Origin: Azolla caroliniana | Taxonomy: Eukaryota > Plantae > Polypodiophyta | Length of the DNA stretch: 64,000 bases | NCBI GenBank assembly: GCA_043228905.1 | Contig: JBHGNT010000021.1 | Location: 13,206,001 to 13,270,000 of the forward strand | Reading direction: 5' to 3' | In this document: one piece after another, positions 1-11,943 of the stretch | Layout: each line of letters opens with the position of its first letter | Numbering within the stretch: the first letter of the stretch is position 1 | Translations under genes and position numbers: made by a program | Notes under the pieces: generated by a model | Database searches by the model: none | Seen by the model: only the letters and a program-made list of their open reading frames with translations | What the model was told of the DNA's origin: nothing

Positions 1-33
1 GCTAAAGCAGGGGTTGGCCGAATTAAGTTCATC

Positions 34-759
34 ATGTCTAGTTGGAGTACCCGAGCTCAGGCCAGCATAAATGAAAGCACGGAGAAGCTCTGGAGGGAAT
101 GGGCACAACAGGCAGCTGAACTGCAGATACTCCGAGCTGATGCAGAAAATCGGAAGAAAAGCGGAGATGGGTTCTATAAAATGGACGAAGAAAGTATCGT
201 CAACATCCGGGAAGAACTGTCGGAGGATTTCTATGCTCTAGCAGAAGAGCATCTCAAGGAAATCCGAGGGTTAGTAGAGAGGTTGGATGATGGATAGCTC
301 GAAACCCAACTAGAATTGGAAGGGTACGAGAAGGACCGACTGCGACAGGAAGCCGAGGGACACACAACGCCGATCTCCATTAGTGAGGGCGAGCGACCGG
401 CTGAAGAGGACCCAACCAACAATGTACCCCGACAAGAATTACCCGAGGAAGAACTTCCGGAGCAAGAGCAGGTTGATGCCGGGGATGATGCAGAGTGGAG
501 ACAGAGAAGTACCGAATCCGGGGAGGAAAGGACACAACCAGTGGAAACCGGAGAGAGCGATACCGGGAACGGAACGGAGGTAGAGCAGGATAGACCCGGA
601 CAGGATACAGAAGAAACACCGGTACCACCGGTACAAGCAGAGTCGGAGCAGCAAGATGCGAAAAGGCAGCCAATCCAATTGGACGTCGGAGACGGCACAG
701 GCAAAACAACACTTGAAACCTCTGAGCGGAGTTTGCTGGATAATTTGGAGGAAGACTGA
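34..759 (+). pseudogene. C-terminal part of the Gypsy 3' accessory ORF (coiled-coil, then acidic low-complexity tail), with one in-frame stop
   Basis: EWAQQAAELQILRADAENRKKSGDGFYKMDEESI aligns with EWVAQAAELHILRADAENRRKEGCGFYKMDEASI (46159-46791, minus). ORFs 34-297 and 316-759 are in the same frame, and the TAG at 295 corresponds to Q in the homologue. Confidence 0.85.
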
Positions 760-767
760 AGCCGGCT

Positions 768-807
768 GTGGGTTCGAAGTGCAATGCACTTTCCCACGGG
801 CGTGCCA
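768..807 (+). other. tRNA-Arg 3'-end mimic at the position normally occupied by the PPT (element W)
   Basis: GTGGGTTCGA-agtgcaatgcactt-TCCCACGGGCGTGCCA, then 2 nt, then the LTR TGTTGG. Confidence 0.8.
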
Positions 808-809
808 TG

Positions 810-1094
810 TGTTGGCCGGTCAGAGAAAAGCAAGGTCGGATCGGATAAATATAGAAATAGGAATAGAATTATTAGGAGGGACGGATCCGGTAGTTGTAAC
901 CGATCCGGATCCGAACCGATTCGGTTGCGGTTAACGGTTGCCTACCGAGCACCGATTGTAATCTGGCCGGATGCCTATAAAAGGATCCGATGTTTTGTAA
1001 TGAAGGGGGCGAAGAATTAATATAGTTTCGCTTATGCTGATTAATCTTGTCTTCGTCTGTGCTTAAGTGTAATTATCATACGCGTGTATTAACA
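810..1094 (+). repeat. 3' LTR of element W (285 bp)
   Basis: Starts TGTTGG and ends TTAACA; TATA box CCTATAAAAG at about 974; composition changes abruptly after 1094. Confidence 0.75.
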
Positions 1095-2350
1095 TCCTAT
1101 CCCTACCACCCCTTTGGAGAAGTGTCGGATAGACACCTGTGTTGAGGCTAGTCCAGCCATACATACAACACAACGGGGAAAGCCTACGGAAGGCAAGCGC
1201 AGAGCGGAGAGAATCGGCACGCCGAGGTGTGCGGCACGCAAAGGGCGGAATCCGGCATGCGACCGGGAGCGCATCCGGAGGATATACGAGGCAGACAAAG
1301 GAAGAGCAACCGGGTCGGCGACGGCGTTCGGGAGGACCGAACGGGGAGGAAAGCACGGGCATCGGATACGGCGGGTCGGATGTAGTCGGGGGTTCAAGGA
1401 CCCACGGTGGACGTGGCGGATCGGGTGGAGGCAATGACTCGGCGAACATCGTCGAGTGTGGCGGATCGGATGGCGCTGACGGTTCGAGACCATTCGGCGA
1501 GGATGGTGGACCGGAAGGCGGCGGTGGTTCATGTGGACGGGGTGGTCTTGCTCGAAGTGGAAGACAAAACCGGGCGGGCCCACGAGGACGCTAAGGACTC
1601 GGCCAGTCGTCGTGACTGAAAATCTCGTGTTCTCTCTCCCCTATGGTTTGGCACATACCGGTGGATGTGCGGTTAGGTGGGGGCAGATGTCGTGAAGATT
1701 TTCATCCACAAGTGGAAACCCGAGCAACGAGAGCCAAAGAGCGATGGTGCTAGAAATGCCCCATAAGATCCCTAAGGTATAAAGGTGATGTGGTCTTGTG
1801 CGCACATCCACGCGAGAGAGAGAGAGAGGTACTATGCGGTACATAGGTACCTAGTTGTTTGTGAGGAGGTGGGAGTTAAGGGGGCCATCAATCTCACCCT
1901 CCCCAAATCAAGGCAAATATCCCCTTTGAATGAAAGGGGATATTTTAGTCTCGCTTTTGTAAACGGTCTTCCCTCCTTGTGCTATAAAAGGAGAGGGAAG
2001 GCACCATTGTGAGGGTTGCCTATTTTGAGTGTGCGAGGTATACCACATTGGTCGAGCGTTAGGGTTAGGGTTAGGCATTCTTTGTCTTTTCTTCGTCTTC
2101 GTCGGTTAGGGTTTCGAGTAGTCGTTTGGTGCGGCCTACGCGGCCACCGTTTTGTAATCGTTCATTTCGTTTTAATATATCTTGTTGATAATCTTGTCTC
2201 CATCTTCCTCTTGTTCGATCTAATCTCTTGTTCATTCTTCTTCTTCTTGAGCAAAGCTTCCATTCCATGTCCGATTCCTTCTCCTCTACTCCTTCGCCCA
2301 AGACCCCCATGGTCCCGCCCTTCTCCACGCATGCGCATAGCAACGCGACA
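1095..2350 (+). mobile_element. 3' part of LTR element N1 (TGTCG...CGACA family, probably non-autonomous); 3' LTR 1688-2350
   Basis: GC-rich internal DNA without pol motifs; 22-nt motif at 1649-1670, then G-rich PPT. LTR runs TGTCGTGAA...CAACGCGACA and shares TATA-region and U5 blocks with the LTRs of N2. Confidence 0.85.
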
Positions 2351-3474
2351 CCGTGTTCGGCTTTGCCAGATCCGGATTTGTCCGGATCGGCGTGCTTCTT
2401 CCAACACTTGCTCTCCTTGTGGCCTTTCTTGCCATAGTACCAACATTTCGTGTCGGCCATTCCTTGCCAATTTCCGGCACCGCTTTGACTCCCCCTGCTC
2501 CCCGAGGGTCTGGAATTATTGTCGGCATGATGATTATGGCTTTGGTTTTGCACCTCTCGACCGCGTCCATTGCGTGTCGACCCGCCTCGTCCACCACGAC
2601 CACGGGTTCTATCCTCCTCCATGTACAACATTTTGTTGTCTATGTGCGTGCTCGTCAACACACCCATGTGGTTCTCTTCAACGAGAAGCATCGATTGTAC
2701 CTTGAACAATGATGGCATACTCTTTCTTGTGCAAACCGTTGTTCAGAATGATCTGAACCTACATCGCATCGAGGCAAACCTACACCATTTCGTCCTCATC
2801 GATGGTCACATTGATGGAGACGAGACAGTCCTAGATTTCTGTGATCAGGGAGGTGTAATCAGCCACCGACATGTCTTTTTGTCAGACATTGCTTAGCTCT
2901 TGTTTGAGCTGAAGCTTGCTGGTTGTGGTGCTTGCAGCGAATATCTTCTTCAGATTTCCCCAAGCCTCCTTTGGTGTCTTAGATTCCCGGATATAGCTTA
3001 ATAGTTGATCAGCAACACTGGATGCGAAGTAGTAGAGAACTCTGCTTGTCAACTATTCCCAAACCGGAAAATCCTTGTGTCTCGAATTTGGTGCATCATT
3101 TGCCCTAACAAGTATTGGTGCATCTTGTATGAACAAGATGCATAGTTGCTCCTATCAAGGTTTTTCGTCAAAGGTGAGCTTCCCATTCCTCTGTCCATTT
3201 CTATTCTCGTTTGTGTGTGGAATAATGCTTGGCTTCAACTGAGTCTTAAACACTCAATGGAAGAAAGTAGGATTTAATAGAAAGGAGATTAATGTACTTA
3301 CACAATAAGAGACAACACTAGATGTTTGTGTAGAAAAACCCTAATAGGGAAAAAAACCACGAGAGCCCACAGACTCCAACTATATCACTATAAGAAGAGG
3401 ATACCAAGCGAGACTCGGAGGCAGCGACCTCACGCTCTATGTCTTTGCCAACCACTGGTTACAATAGAAAAGCC

Positions 3475-3475
<1 letters not shown>

Positions 3476-3533
<58 letters not shown>
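3476..3533. repeat. (CT)n microsatellite at the LINE 5' junction
   Basis: Read directly; followed by a duplicated unit of about 50 bp (CTCGTTTCACTCCAGCCATCAATG... at 3531 and 3605). Confidence 0.95.
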
Positions 3534-3536
<3 letters not shown>

Positions 3537-3857
3537 TCACTCCAGCCATCAATGTTTACATTCTATAGCTCATTTGAAATCTCTCTCTGTCTCTCTCTCT
3601 GTCTCTCGTTTCACTCCAGCCATCAATGTTTACATTCTATATCTCATTTGAAAGCTCTTTAAGAGAACTTTCTAAGGAATGTTCATTTACTAAATTCCGT
3701 TACTGTGGTGAGAAGTTATGAGCATTTTCCTCTGCATCCATCTTTGCCCCACGGCTCCTCAAACGCAAGGTAGATTTTGAAGCCCTAAATCAAGTGAAAG
3801 GTATATTTTCTATCTCCCTCTCTCCCTCTCTCTCTTCTCGTAGGGTTTGGTCCTACA

Positions 3858-4760
3858 ATGACACACACTCGTAAGGCCTCCTCAAAGTTCGGGAGTATGA
3901 TTGAAAATGAACCGAAATCACCAACAAATGTTGATTCCAAATGCAATAAACACAATGGACAAAATACTTATGAGTCACTTGATTTCTCTTCAAGAAACCA
4001 TAAACAAGCAAGGTGAAGAGATTGGGATGTTAATGAAAGAGAATGCTAAGCTCCAAACTATTGCCATTGAGAATGAAATTCTTAAGAAAGTGGTTGCAAA
4101 ACTTGAAGAAGACATTTAGGAATGTAAAAGAGCTTCTTTCGAAACAAATGAGTGTCTTAATAAGATTGAGTTAAAGGAAGCATTAAAAGAAGAAAAATTA
4201 GACACAATGAGGGGGGATGTAAGTGAGATGAAAAATTTATGTACAACAAAATCATGGGCCGATGTATGTGGTGGGGATGGGGTATCAAACTCATCTAATT
4301 TGCATGTGATGCATCAAGAGAAGAATATAGAAAGCATAGATGCCCGAGAATTGAAAGAGCGTGAACGAAGATCAAAGAACATTGTTATCCGTGGGATTAA
4401 AGAGGAGAGTATGGAAACACCCGCTTCCCTTGGAAAGTCCATTGGTGAATTTTTTAGCATGCATTATGGGATGTCGAATGTGAATGTATATGGGGCACAC
4501 TGAGTTGGGAAACATGGTGTTACTCGCTCCGGAGAAAGGCCCATTGTATGCACAATGACAGATGATACAAAGCGGCGGATCATACTCGAAAATAGTTGGT
4601 TATACCTCAAAGGTACACAATGCTTTCTAAGTGAAGATCGTACTATCTCACAACAAAATGCCCGTCGTAAAGCATATGAAGAAAGATTGAAAAATAAGGT
4701 TAAGGATGTGCTTAAAGATGGAAATGTAGGCAAATATGGACATGTCACCTATGAGACTAA
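3858..4760 (+). pseudogene. LINE ORF1 (fragmented)
   Basis: ORF pieces 3901-4119, 4207-4503 and the start of 4555 are in one frame, separated by stops. Confidence 0.75.
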
Positions 4761-7700
4761 ACCATGTCTTTTACAACGATGTTTTTGGAATTGCAATGGA
4801 TACCCATGGAATGCGGGATTCGGCATAGAGGAGTTCATTGATGACTCGGATATCACACTTCTTGTTGAAACATGGGAGCATGATACTCAAAGGAGTCAAG
4901 GTTTAGGAAAATATAACGTACACTCTTTGATATGGGAGAAAAATCCAAGACAAAGAAGAGGACAAGGAGGGGTGGCATGTTTGATTAAGAAGGAAATAGA
5001 GAAATATGTGTCAATCATAAAAAATGATGAACACAAATGCTACATGTGGCTCAAAATAGAAACACTTAATGATTTGCCCACTTTTGTAGTTGGATGTTAC
5101 ATTCCTCATCAAGATTCTAACTTCTATGCTTGTTTGGATAAAGATCAACCTTTTGCAAATCTAGAAAATGATATTGCTTATTTCAAATCCAAAGGGAAAG
5201 TTATTGTCTTTGGTGACATGAATCCTCGTACAAGAAGTTTCCAACTTGATTCACAAGAATCTTTCATGCCACATATCTCAAGGATGCTTAAAAAGATCCG
5301 GACCAATTTGGGAAACTACTCCTACAAATGTGCAATAGTACTAGATTGCTTATTGCAAATGGTGTTTCCTTATGGCCCAGTACTAACGGCTTTACATGTA
5401 GAAAACACAATGGAAATAGTGTGATTGACTATGTGCTACTTTTCGAAGGTATTTTGGATCGTATACATAAATTCTCACTAGGGGAATGTACACCGGAATT
5501 AACAATTGACAACGGTTTGGTTCAGTTTGGAAACCGAACCGTTTAATTTTTTTTGAAACCTGAACCAAACCAAACCAAACTGCGAAACCATTAAACTGAA
5601 CCATTAAACTTTTTTCAAACCGTTAAACCATTAAATCGTAAAAACCACGGTTTCGTGGTTCAATTTCGGTTTTCAACATAGGTCAAATTTTTTATTTTTA
5701 AATTTTTATTTTTTAAAATTTATAATATTTCATTTTTTTAAATTTTTTAAATTTTTAAGATGTTCCTAAAATGTGAAAATAAGGTTTAAAAATGACAAGA
5801 TTGTCTAAAAAAAAAATTTAATTTAAAAAATAAAAAATAAAAACCGTTAAACTGTTTAAACCGCGGTTTTTTACTGATGAAACCATTAAACAGCGGTTTC
5901 GCGGTTCGGTTTGGTTCAAACCAAACCGTTGCCGATTGTTAAATGTATGCATAGGTTTGATTGCAAGAAGGTCATTGAAGATAGTAAACAAATGCACTTG
6001 AGCATGAATCTTAAGCAAGCGCCCATGTATTCCAAGATGGTTTTGGATATGTTACAAATGACAAAGACACAACATGGTGCCACACTAGAATGCAAATGGG
6101 AAGCTTTTAAGAATGTCATTCTCTCTTGTACAAACAAATGTTTTTTAACCAACCGCACATCATGGAAATGCACCAAGAAATGTAAGAAAAAATGGTTTGA
6201 TAAAGAATGTCATGAAGCTTGAAAGTGCCTTATGGTTTTGGATGTAGTTAAGGATAAAGAAAATTACCAAAAGCATTTGCATGACTATAAAAGGCTTATT
6301 CAAAGAAAGAGACGAATATGGGAAGTTACTCAACAACTTCTCCAAACGCAAGAGAAAGCACATGCATGTGCTAAATTTTGGGGAAATCTAAAGGGGAAAC
6401 GTGTTGAGAGTTATGGTGACTTAACTCTTCATGACTTGTCTATGCATTGTAAGAATTTATATGAGTTATCTCTTGCCAGAAAGATGATGTGTTATGGTTC
6501 TCTTTCACATCTGTCTCCCTTCTTTACAATTGAAGATATATGCATAGGACTTAAGAAATTGGCCTCTCGAAAGGCAAGCGATCTTCAATGTATAAAAGCT
6601 GAAATGCTCAAATGGACGGGAAAGGAAGCACATATATGGATATGCGATATGTTTAGTGATGCATTGCAACATAGTATGCCATATGATTGGACTACAAATT
6701 GGATCAAACCTTTACATAAAGGTGTAGATGTAAATAATGTAAGCAACTATCGAACCATCATGGTTGGCTCATTAATGGCAAAACTATTTGGATGTATAAT
6801 GGAATCAAAGATAAGTGTATGGGCAGAAAAAAATGGTAAGAGAGCTTATGGACAAGCTGGTTTTCGAAAACACCATAGCACCATTGATCATCTTGTCACT
6901 CTTCGAGAATTAATGGAGGAAAGTTGCCTTAGAGGTAAATGTTTATATTGTTGCTTTGTAGACTTCAAGAAAGCTTTTGATATGGTACCTCGTGAGCATC
7001 TTTGGAGGCGGATGGAAGAACTTGAGGTGCCAAGTGAATATATGCTTGCAATTTCCCGAATATATGAGAAGGTTATATGTTGTGTGCGTATGAGAGATAG
7101 ACGTTCAGATTTTTTCAATAGCACTATTGGTGTTTAGCAAGGATGCCCACTCTCACCAACATTATTTGGTCTATGCATTGATGAATTAGGAGAAATGGTT
7201 ACCAAGTTTGTAAAGGAAGAATGTGTTGAAGAAGTTGCCATTGGGAATGTTGTGATTATGTTTTTGTTATGTGTGGATGATATAGTGCTTTATGAAGGCA
7301 TTGGAAATTTTTTGCATGCATATTAGATTAAGTGTCAATAGCTCTAAAACAAAGATTATGCTTGTGAAGAGTCAAAAAAGAGATAAACCATGCATTATGT
7401 ACAACAATGAGCCACTTGAATGTGTGGAAAGCTTCAAATATCTTGGCCTTGAAGTTCCTTCAAATCATAAATAGAATGAATGAGCTACACGCCGCTTAGA
7501 GGCGGGTAAGCGAGCATATTATGCATTTGAGAACACATGCAATCTTGGAGATATTAAGTGTTAGGTCCTCAAGAAATATCTTTTTGACACATTGGTGACC
7601 CTGGTTCTTCTCTATGGGGTGGAAGTATGGGGTGGTAGCATCCCTAAATCTATGTGCAAAGAGTTTGAAAATGTCCAAAAACATTTTCAAACGCCCTACA

Positions 7701-8410
7701 CCCTCCTTCTCCTTGAGACAGGATCGCTTCCCATTGAGATCATGCCCATTGAAAGGGTTGTTGAATACATGCTTATGGTTCAAAAAAGCCCCTCACATCA
7801 ACTTCCTAGAATTGCATGGAAAGCAAGCCAAAAGATCCAAAAGACGCATAAAAGCAAATTTTTGTGTTTTGGTTGGATGCAAGATTTAGAAAAATGGTTT
7901 GGTAGATGGGATGCAAGACACTTGCTTCATGATGCGTCACTAGAGTTCTCTATAAATGAGGCCTTTTTGCAATGCCAATGTATCATGACATGGGATAAAT
8001 GTGGTGGCTCACCCTTCACACATTATACTACAAATGTTGCACCTAACTACAAAACCATATTCTTCGCGGAACAGGGAAGTCGTACACATCAATACATGTT
8101 AGAGCCCATCCCGATATCTGCCATTCAAACCATTGCTTCGATGTGACTTATCTCGCACGCATTGAGATGTGAGACGGGGCGTTGGGGCACAAGTGATGAG
8201 AGTGGCCAACTATGCACAATTTGCCCTAAACAAGTTTGAGAGTCTGAGTATCACACTTTGATACAATGCTCTACCTTTGATCATATTCGACCATGCTTTC
8301 CACATCTCTTCGATCGAGCCCCCAATCCTTGCACGAATTTCTCTCACAACCATGATGTGCACTCTCGATTGCAACATTCATTGGTAAAGTTCTTGAACAT
8401 CGAGAGTCGC
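4761..8410 (+). pseudogene. LINE ORF2 (endonuclease/reverse transcriptase), fragmented
   Basis: ORFs 4555-5424, 5328-5546, 5911-6222, 6232-7137, 7292-7474 and 7592-8146 carry the expected motifs in order. Confidence 0.9.
5499..5942. mobile_element. MITE (non-autonomous DNA transposon) inserted in the LINE
   Basis: Imperfect TIRs TTAACAATTGACAACGGTTTGGTT / AACCAAACCGTTGCCGATTGTTAA, subterminal AAACCG repeats and an AT-rich core. TSD could be TA or TTAA. Confidence 0.85.
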
Positions 8411-8789
8411 TACTCACCTTCACATGTATCACGTGAAGTGTAATATTTTTGGTCTCATAGGTCATATTTGACCTCCGAAGACAATAATATAATCTATCTA
8501 TCTATCTCTATCTCTATCTTTTACAACAGTAAAGATAACAACTCTAATCAGACTCTTTTTCATAAGTGGTTGCCCTAAGTCATATTTATACTTATATGAA
8601 TTTAGGACTATTTATAAATATGGTCATGACCGGTCCTCTAGAAACATATTTACAGATATGTCCCTGGATCTGGTTCACACCGGATTCATCTGGATATCTT
8701 CAGGATACGTCTGATCTGGCTCCTCCTATTCTCCTCCGAATCCCATCCGGAGGGTCCAAATTCCCAACAAGCTCCCCCTTCACTCCGAC

Positions 8790-10037
8790 ATGGGATGCCT
8801 TGTCAATCTGATTCGTCTCCTGCACACGTCCAACTTGTCGGCTGACAGCACCTTCTTGGTAAGCATGTCTTACCCGTTCTCCTTCATGTGGATCTTCAAC
8901 AGTGCGAAGTCTTGATCTTCTATTCTCTCCTTAAGCTAGTGGTATCTACGTTGGGTGTGCTTCGTCCTGGAGTGGTACACCACATTCTTTGCAAGGTGGA
9001 TGGCACTTTGACTATGGTAGTAGAGCCGGAATTCCTCCTGCCGGATCCCTAGCTCTCCGATCAAGTCCTTCATCCAAATTACCTCTTTATCGGCTTCCAC
9101 CGCCGCCATGTACTCCACTTCTGTTGTTGATAGTGCAATGGACTTCTGCAGCCTCGACTACCACTATACGACGCCCCCTACTTATGTCATAACATATCCG
9201 GAAGTTGACCCACTGGTATCTGCATTAGCCGACATATCTGAATCTGTGAATCCTTCAATCTGGGGTTTTCTAAAGCTGAATCAAAGGCACATACTAGAGG
9301 TACTTTCAAGTACTGGAGTATCCACTTAAACACGGTCTAGTGTTCTCTTCCCGGATTGCTCATGAACCGGCCAACGACTCCGACAGCATATCCGATATCT
9401 GGGCGGGTACACACCATTGCATACATCAAGCTTCTGACGGCAGAGGCGTATGGTATCTTCATCATCTCCAACTTCTTGGCCTTCGTCTTCGAACTTTGGT
9501 TTCCAGACAACTTGCAATTTGTGGGAAGTGTCGATCTCACCGGCTTTGCATCTGTCATGTTGAACCGATGGAGCACCTTCGCCACGTACTTGTCCTGTGA
9601 CAGCCACAATAGCTTCTTCGTCCAGTCCCGAACTACGTACATCCCCAATATCTCTCGCACCGGACCAAAATCTTTCATTGAGAAGGTCTGGTTCAAAGCC
9701 TTCTTCAGATTCCCGGTTTTGGTTTGGTCCGGTCCAACAATCAGCATGATATCCTTGATCGGTCATGAAGGAGTCGAACTTCCGGTACCATTGCCGAGGA
9801 GCTTGCTTTAGTCCATATAAGCTCTTCTTCAACTAGCATACCAGGTGCTCCTTCCCTTTCTTGATGAATCCTTCCAGTTGTTGCATGTAGATCTCTTTTT
9901 CGAGGTCGCCATGTAGGAATGTCGTCTTGATGTCTAGTTGCTCTACCTCGAGGTTCATGCTTGTGGCTATGCTCAACACAGTCTGGATGGATCGAATTGT
10001 TGTGTGAGGCCGCCCAAGCATACTTGAACCATCTCAT
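8790..10037 (-). pseudogene. Copia RT/RNase H fragments (Tork-like)
   Basis: Motifs QLDIKTTFLHGDLEKEIYM, KKSLYGLKQAPRQWY, PYASAVRSLMYAMVCTRPDI and SAIHLAKNVVYHSRTKH; several frameshifts. Confidence 0.9.
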
Positions 10038-10039
10038 CT

Positions 10040-10731
10040 TCGTCGACGTTTATGTTGATGGAGCCAAGTGAGTTGCAAATGCTCTTGATATTGGTGGTGT
10101 AGTCCGACATGGACATGTCCTTTTGTCGAATGTTATTCAACTCTTGTTAGAGTTGAAGCTTTCGGGCTGTTGTGTTGGCGGCAAACATTTTCTTTAAGTT
10201 CGCCCACGCTTCTTTAGGCATCTTGGTGTCTCGAATGTGGCTAAGCATGTGGTCGTGGACACATGTTGCCAAGCAATACATCACTCGACTGGCCGCTTGC
10301 TCCCATGTTGCGTAGTCAGCGTTCTTTGAGTCAGGTCGATTTTCTTGAGCGTCGTTGATGTAGCTCCAATACCCTTGGCCGACGAGGTATTGGGTCATCT
10401 TGTACTCCCAAGATGAATAATTGCTCCGGTCTAGCTTTTCACTCGGGAGCAAGCTACCCATTTGTGTGTTCATGTTGATTGTGTCTTCTCTTCTTTTGCT
10501 TTTCTTCCTTCGATCACATACACGTGCTATGTAGCGGCACTACGGTAGCCAATAACCAAATTTTGTCGTTGGCGTCTCGAACACACAATCATGGAGTTGG
10601 GTGGGCTTATTGGATTTTCTAAACCACATGCTCTGATACCATGTTAAGAATTAGGTAAGTAATTAAGCAAGGGTTAATTAGTACCTAATTATGTGATTAA
10701 GTTAATAAGTGGAAGATTATGTGATATGTGT

Positions 10732-10803
<72 letters not shown>

Positions 10804-11118
10804 TGAACAACATAAGATGGGGGATGAGTAAGCATATTAAATTACCATTATCATCATCATCAAATACAAAAATACCCACAATGAGGTATATATAGATCTC
10901 ATGTGCAAAGGTGCACATGTGTGAGTAGAATATAGGTACTAATGTGTAAGTCCTATATTAAATGTACTTAGGAGTGGAGGATCTAGAATATCCCACTTAA
11001 GTAAAAGGTCCTATTTAAGGCATTATGGTCAACACTTCTTACTAGATTCTATCTAGGTAACTATGAAGTTACATGGTTGACTAACTAACTAAACTAAGTT
11101 GAGCTTGATCTCTCAACA
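10040..11118 (-). mobile_element. Truncated Ty1/Copia element E: 5' LTR 10642-11118, PBS-Met 10629-10641, gag N-terminus 10040-10473
   Basis: GCTCTGATACCA abuts the LTR TGTTAAG...CTCAACA; gag reads LPSEKLDRSNYSSWEYKM...TARKLQL; the LTR holds a (GT)n(GA)n microsatellite at about 10727-10799. Confidence 0.9.
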
Positions 11119-11943
11119 ATATATATACATATATATCTTTTACAACATAAAGATAACAACTCTAATCATAATTTTTTTCATAAATGGTTGCCCTAAGTCA
11201 TATTTATACTTATATGACTTTAGGACAATTTACAAATGTGGCCATGACAACTCTCTAGAAACATATTTACATATATGTCCCTTGATCTGGTTCACACGTG
11301 ATTCATCTGGATATCTTCTGGATCCGTCTGATCCGGCTCCTCCGGTCCTCCGTATCCCATCCGAAGGGACCAAATTCCTAACAGTTTGTTCCGAAAGTTA
11401 GGGTTTGTCTATGTTGAGAGCTCTTGTTGGCAACAGAGGATGTTCTACATGTAAATATGAATATGCGAAATTAAACAGATCTCAACCGGCTTAGCCGAAT
11501 AGCGACAGAAACCACAAAGAATGGAATACGTAGAGTAGGAGAGAGAGAGAGAGATAGAGAGAGAGCAAGACAATAAATCTCTATTTCAAGAGCTCTGTAG
11601 AAACTCTTTAATGTGCTTTATAAGAACTTTTATACAAGTCCTTAAAGGACTGATAGAAGTACTGACCAGTAATTCAATGCTCGTACCGAGCGACTAACAC
11701 TAACTCCTAAAAATATGGCTATGTACTAGGCTAGGATTGTAGTCCTCTAACTGCCTACCGGTTACCCACAATTTCGGACACCGATCCGGCTCTTCGTCCT
11801 AGATACCAACCCCAACACCGATCCAGCTCTTCATTCCAGATACTAATCCAGACACACCAATCCGATTCCTCTTCGTTCTGGATTACGATCTGGCTCTGGC
11901 TTATTCAGCCGATCCGGAGCATGTTGAGCTTGTCCGCTCAAGA

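Larger units (their letters stand above)
1..1094 (+). mobile_element. 3' end of non-chromoviral Ty3/Gypsy element W (Phygy/Tat-like); rest lies left of the window
   Basis: Accessory ORF 34-759 is homologous to the 3' ORF of element Z. It is followed by a tRNA-like motif (768-807) and a TG...CA LTR (810-1094). Confidence 0.85.
3533..8515 (+). mobile_element. Near full-length degenerate non-LTR retrotransposon (LINE, RTE-X-like): ORF1, then APE endonuclease-RT-zinc finger ORF2
   Basis: ORF1 is coiled-coil with ERERRSKNIVIRGIKE. APE motifs WNCNG, ETW, GGVA, YIP, GDMN, SVIDY. RT motifs NYRTI, QAGFRK, FVDFKKAFD, G(V)xQGCPLSP. C-terminal RCETGRW...CxxC...H...C. 3' tail (TCTA)n at about 8492-8515. 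Confidence 0.9.
3214..11383 (-). mobile_element. Tork/Tnt1-like Ty1/Copia, internally deleted; 3' LTR 3214-8769 (split by the LINE), 5' LTR remnant 11119-11383
   Basis: TSD GTTTG at 3209-3213 and 11384-11388; 8516-8769 matches 11135-11383; PPT (AGCTCCCCCTTC on +) at 8770-8781. Confidence 0.85.
2351..11943 (-). mobile_element. Ty1/Copia element D, 5' part: degenerate gag 2351-3198, leader resumes at 11389, 5' LTR 11450-11943; interrupted by the Tork-like element
   Basis: gag begins MDRGMG... at 3198 and contains LQSMLLVEEN and the CWYxGKKGHKESKC knuckle, as in Copia A/B/C. The LTR end GAGCTTGTCCGCTCAAGA matches the family terminus. The PBS appears deleted. Confidence 0.8.

Noticed and set aside
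768-807. Intact tRNA-Arg gene or SINE
   Set aside because: Only the T-arm and 3' acceptor strand are present; there is no D-arm, anticodon arm or A-box, and upstream is the end of the accessory ORF.
2071-2718. Novel fusion proteins (also 51100-52038 and 5328-5546)
   Set aside because: These ORFs simply run across insertion junctions between nested elements.
3326-3651. Short ORFs with SL/HT/ER repeats (also 10697-10918 and 15045-15311)
   Set aside because: They are translations of microsatellites.
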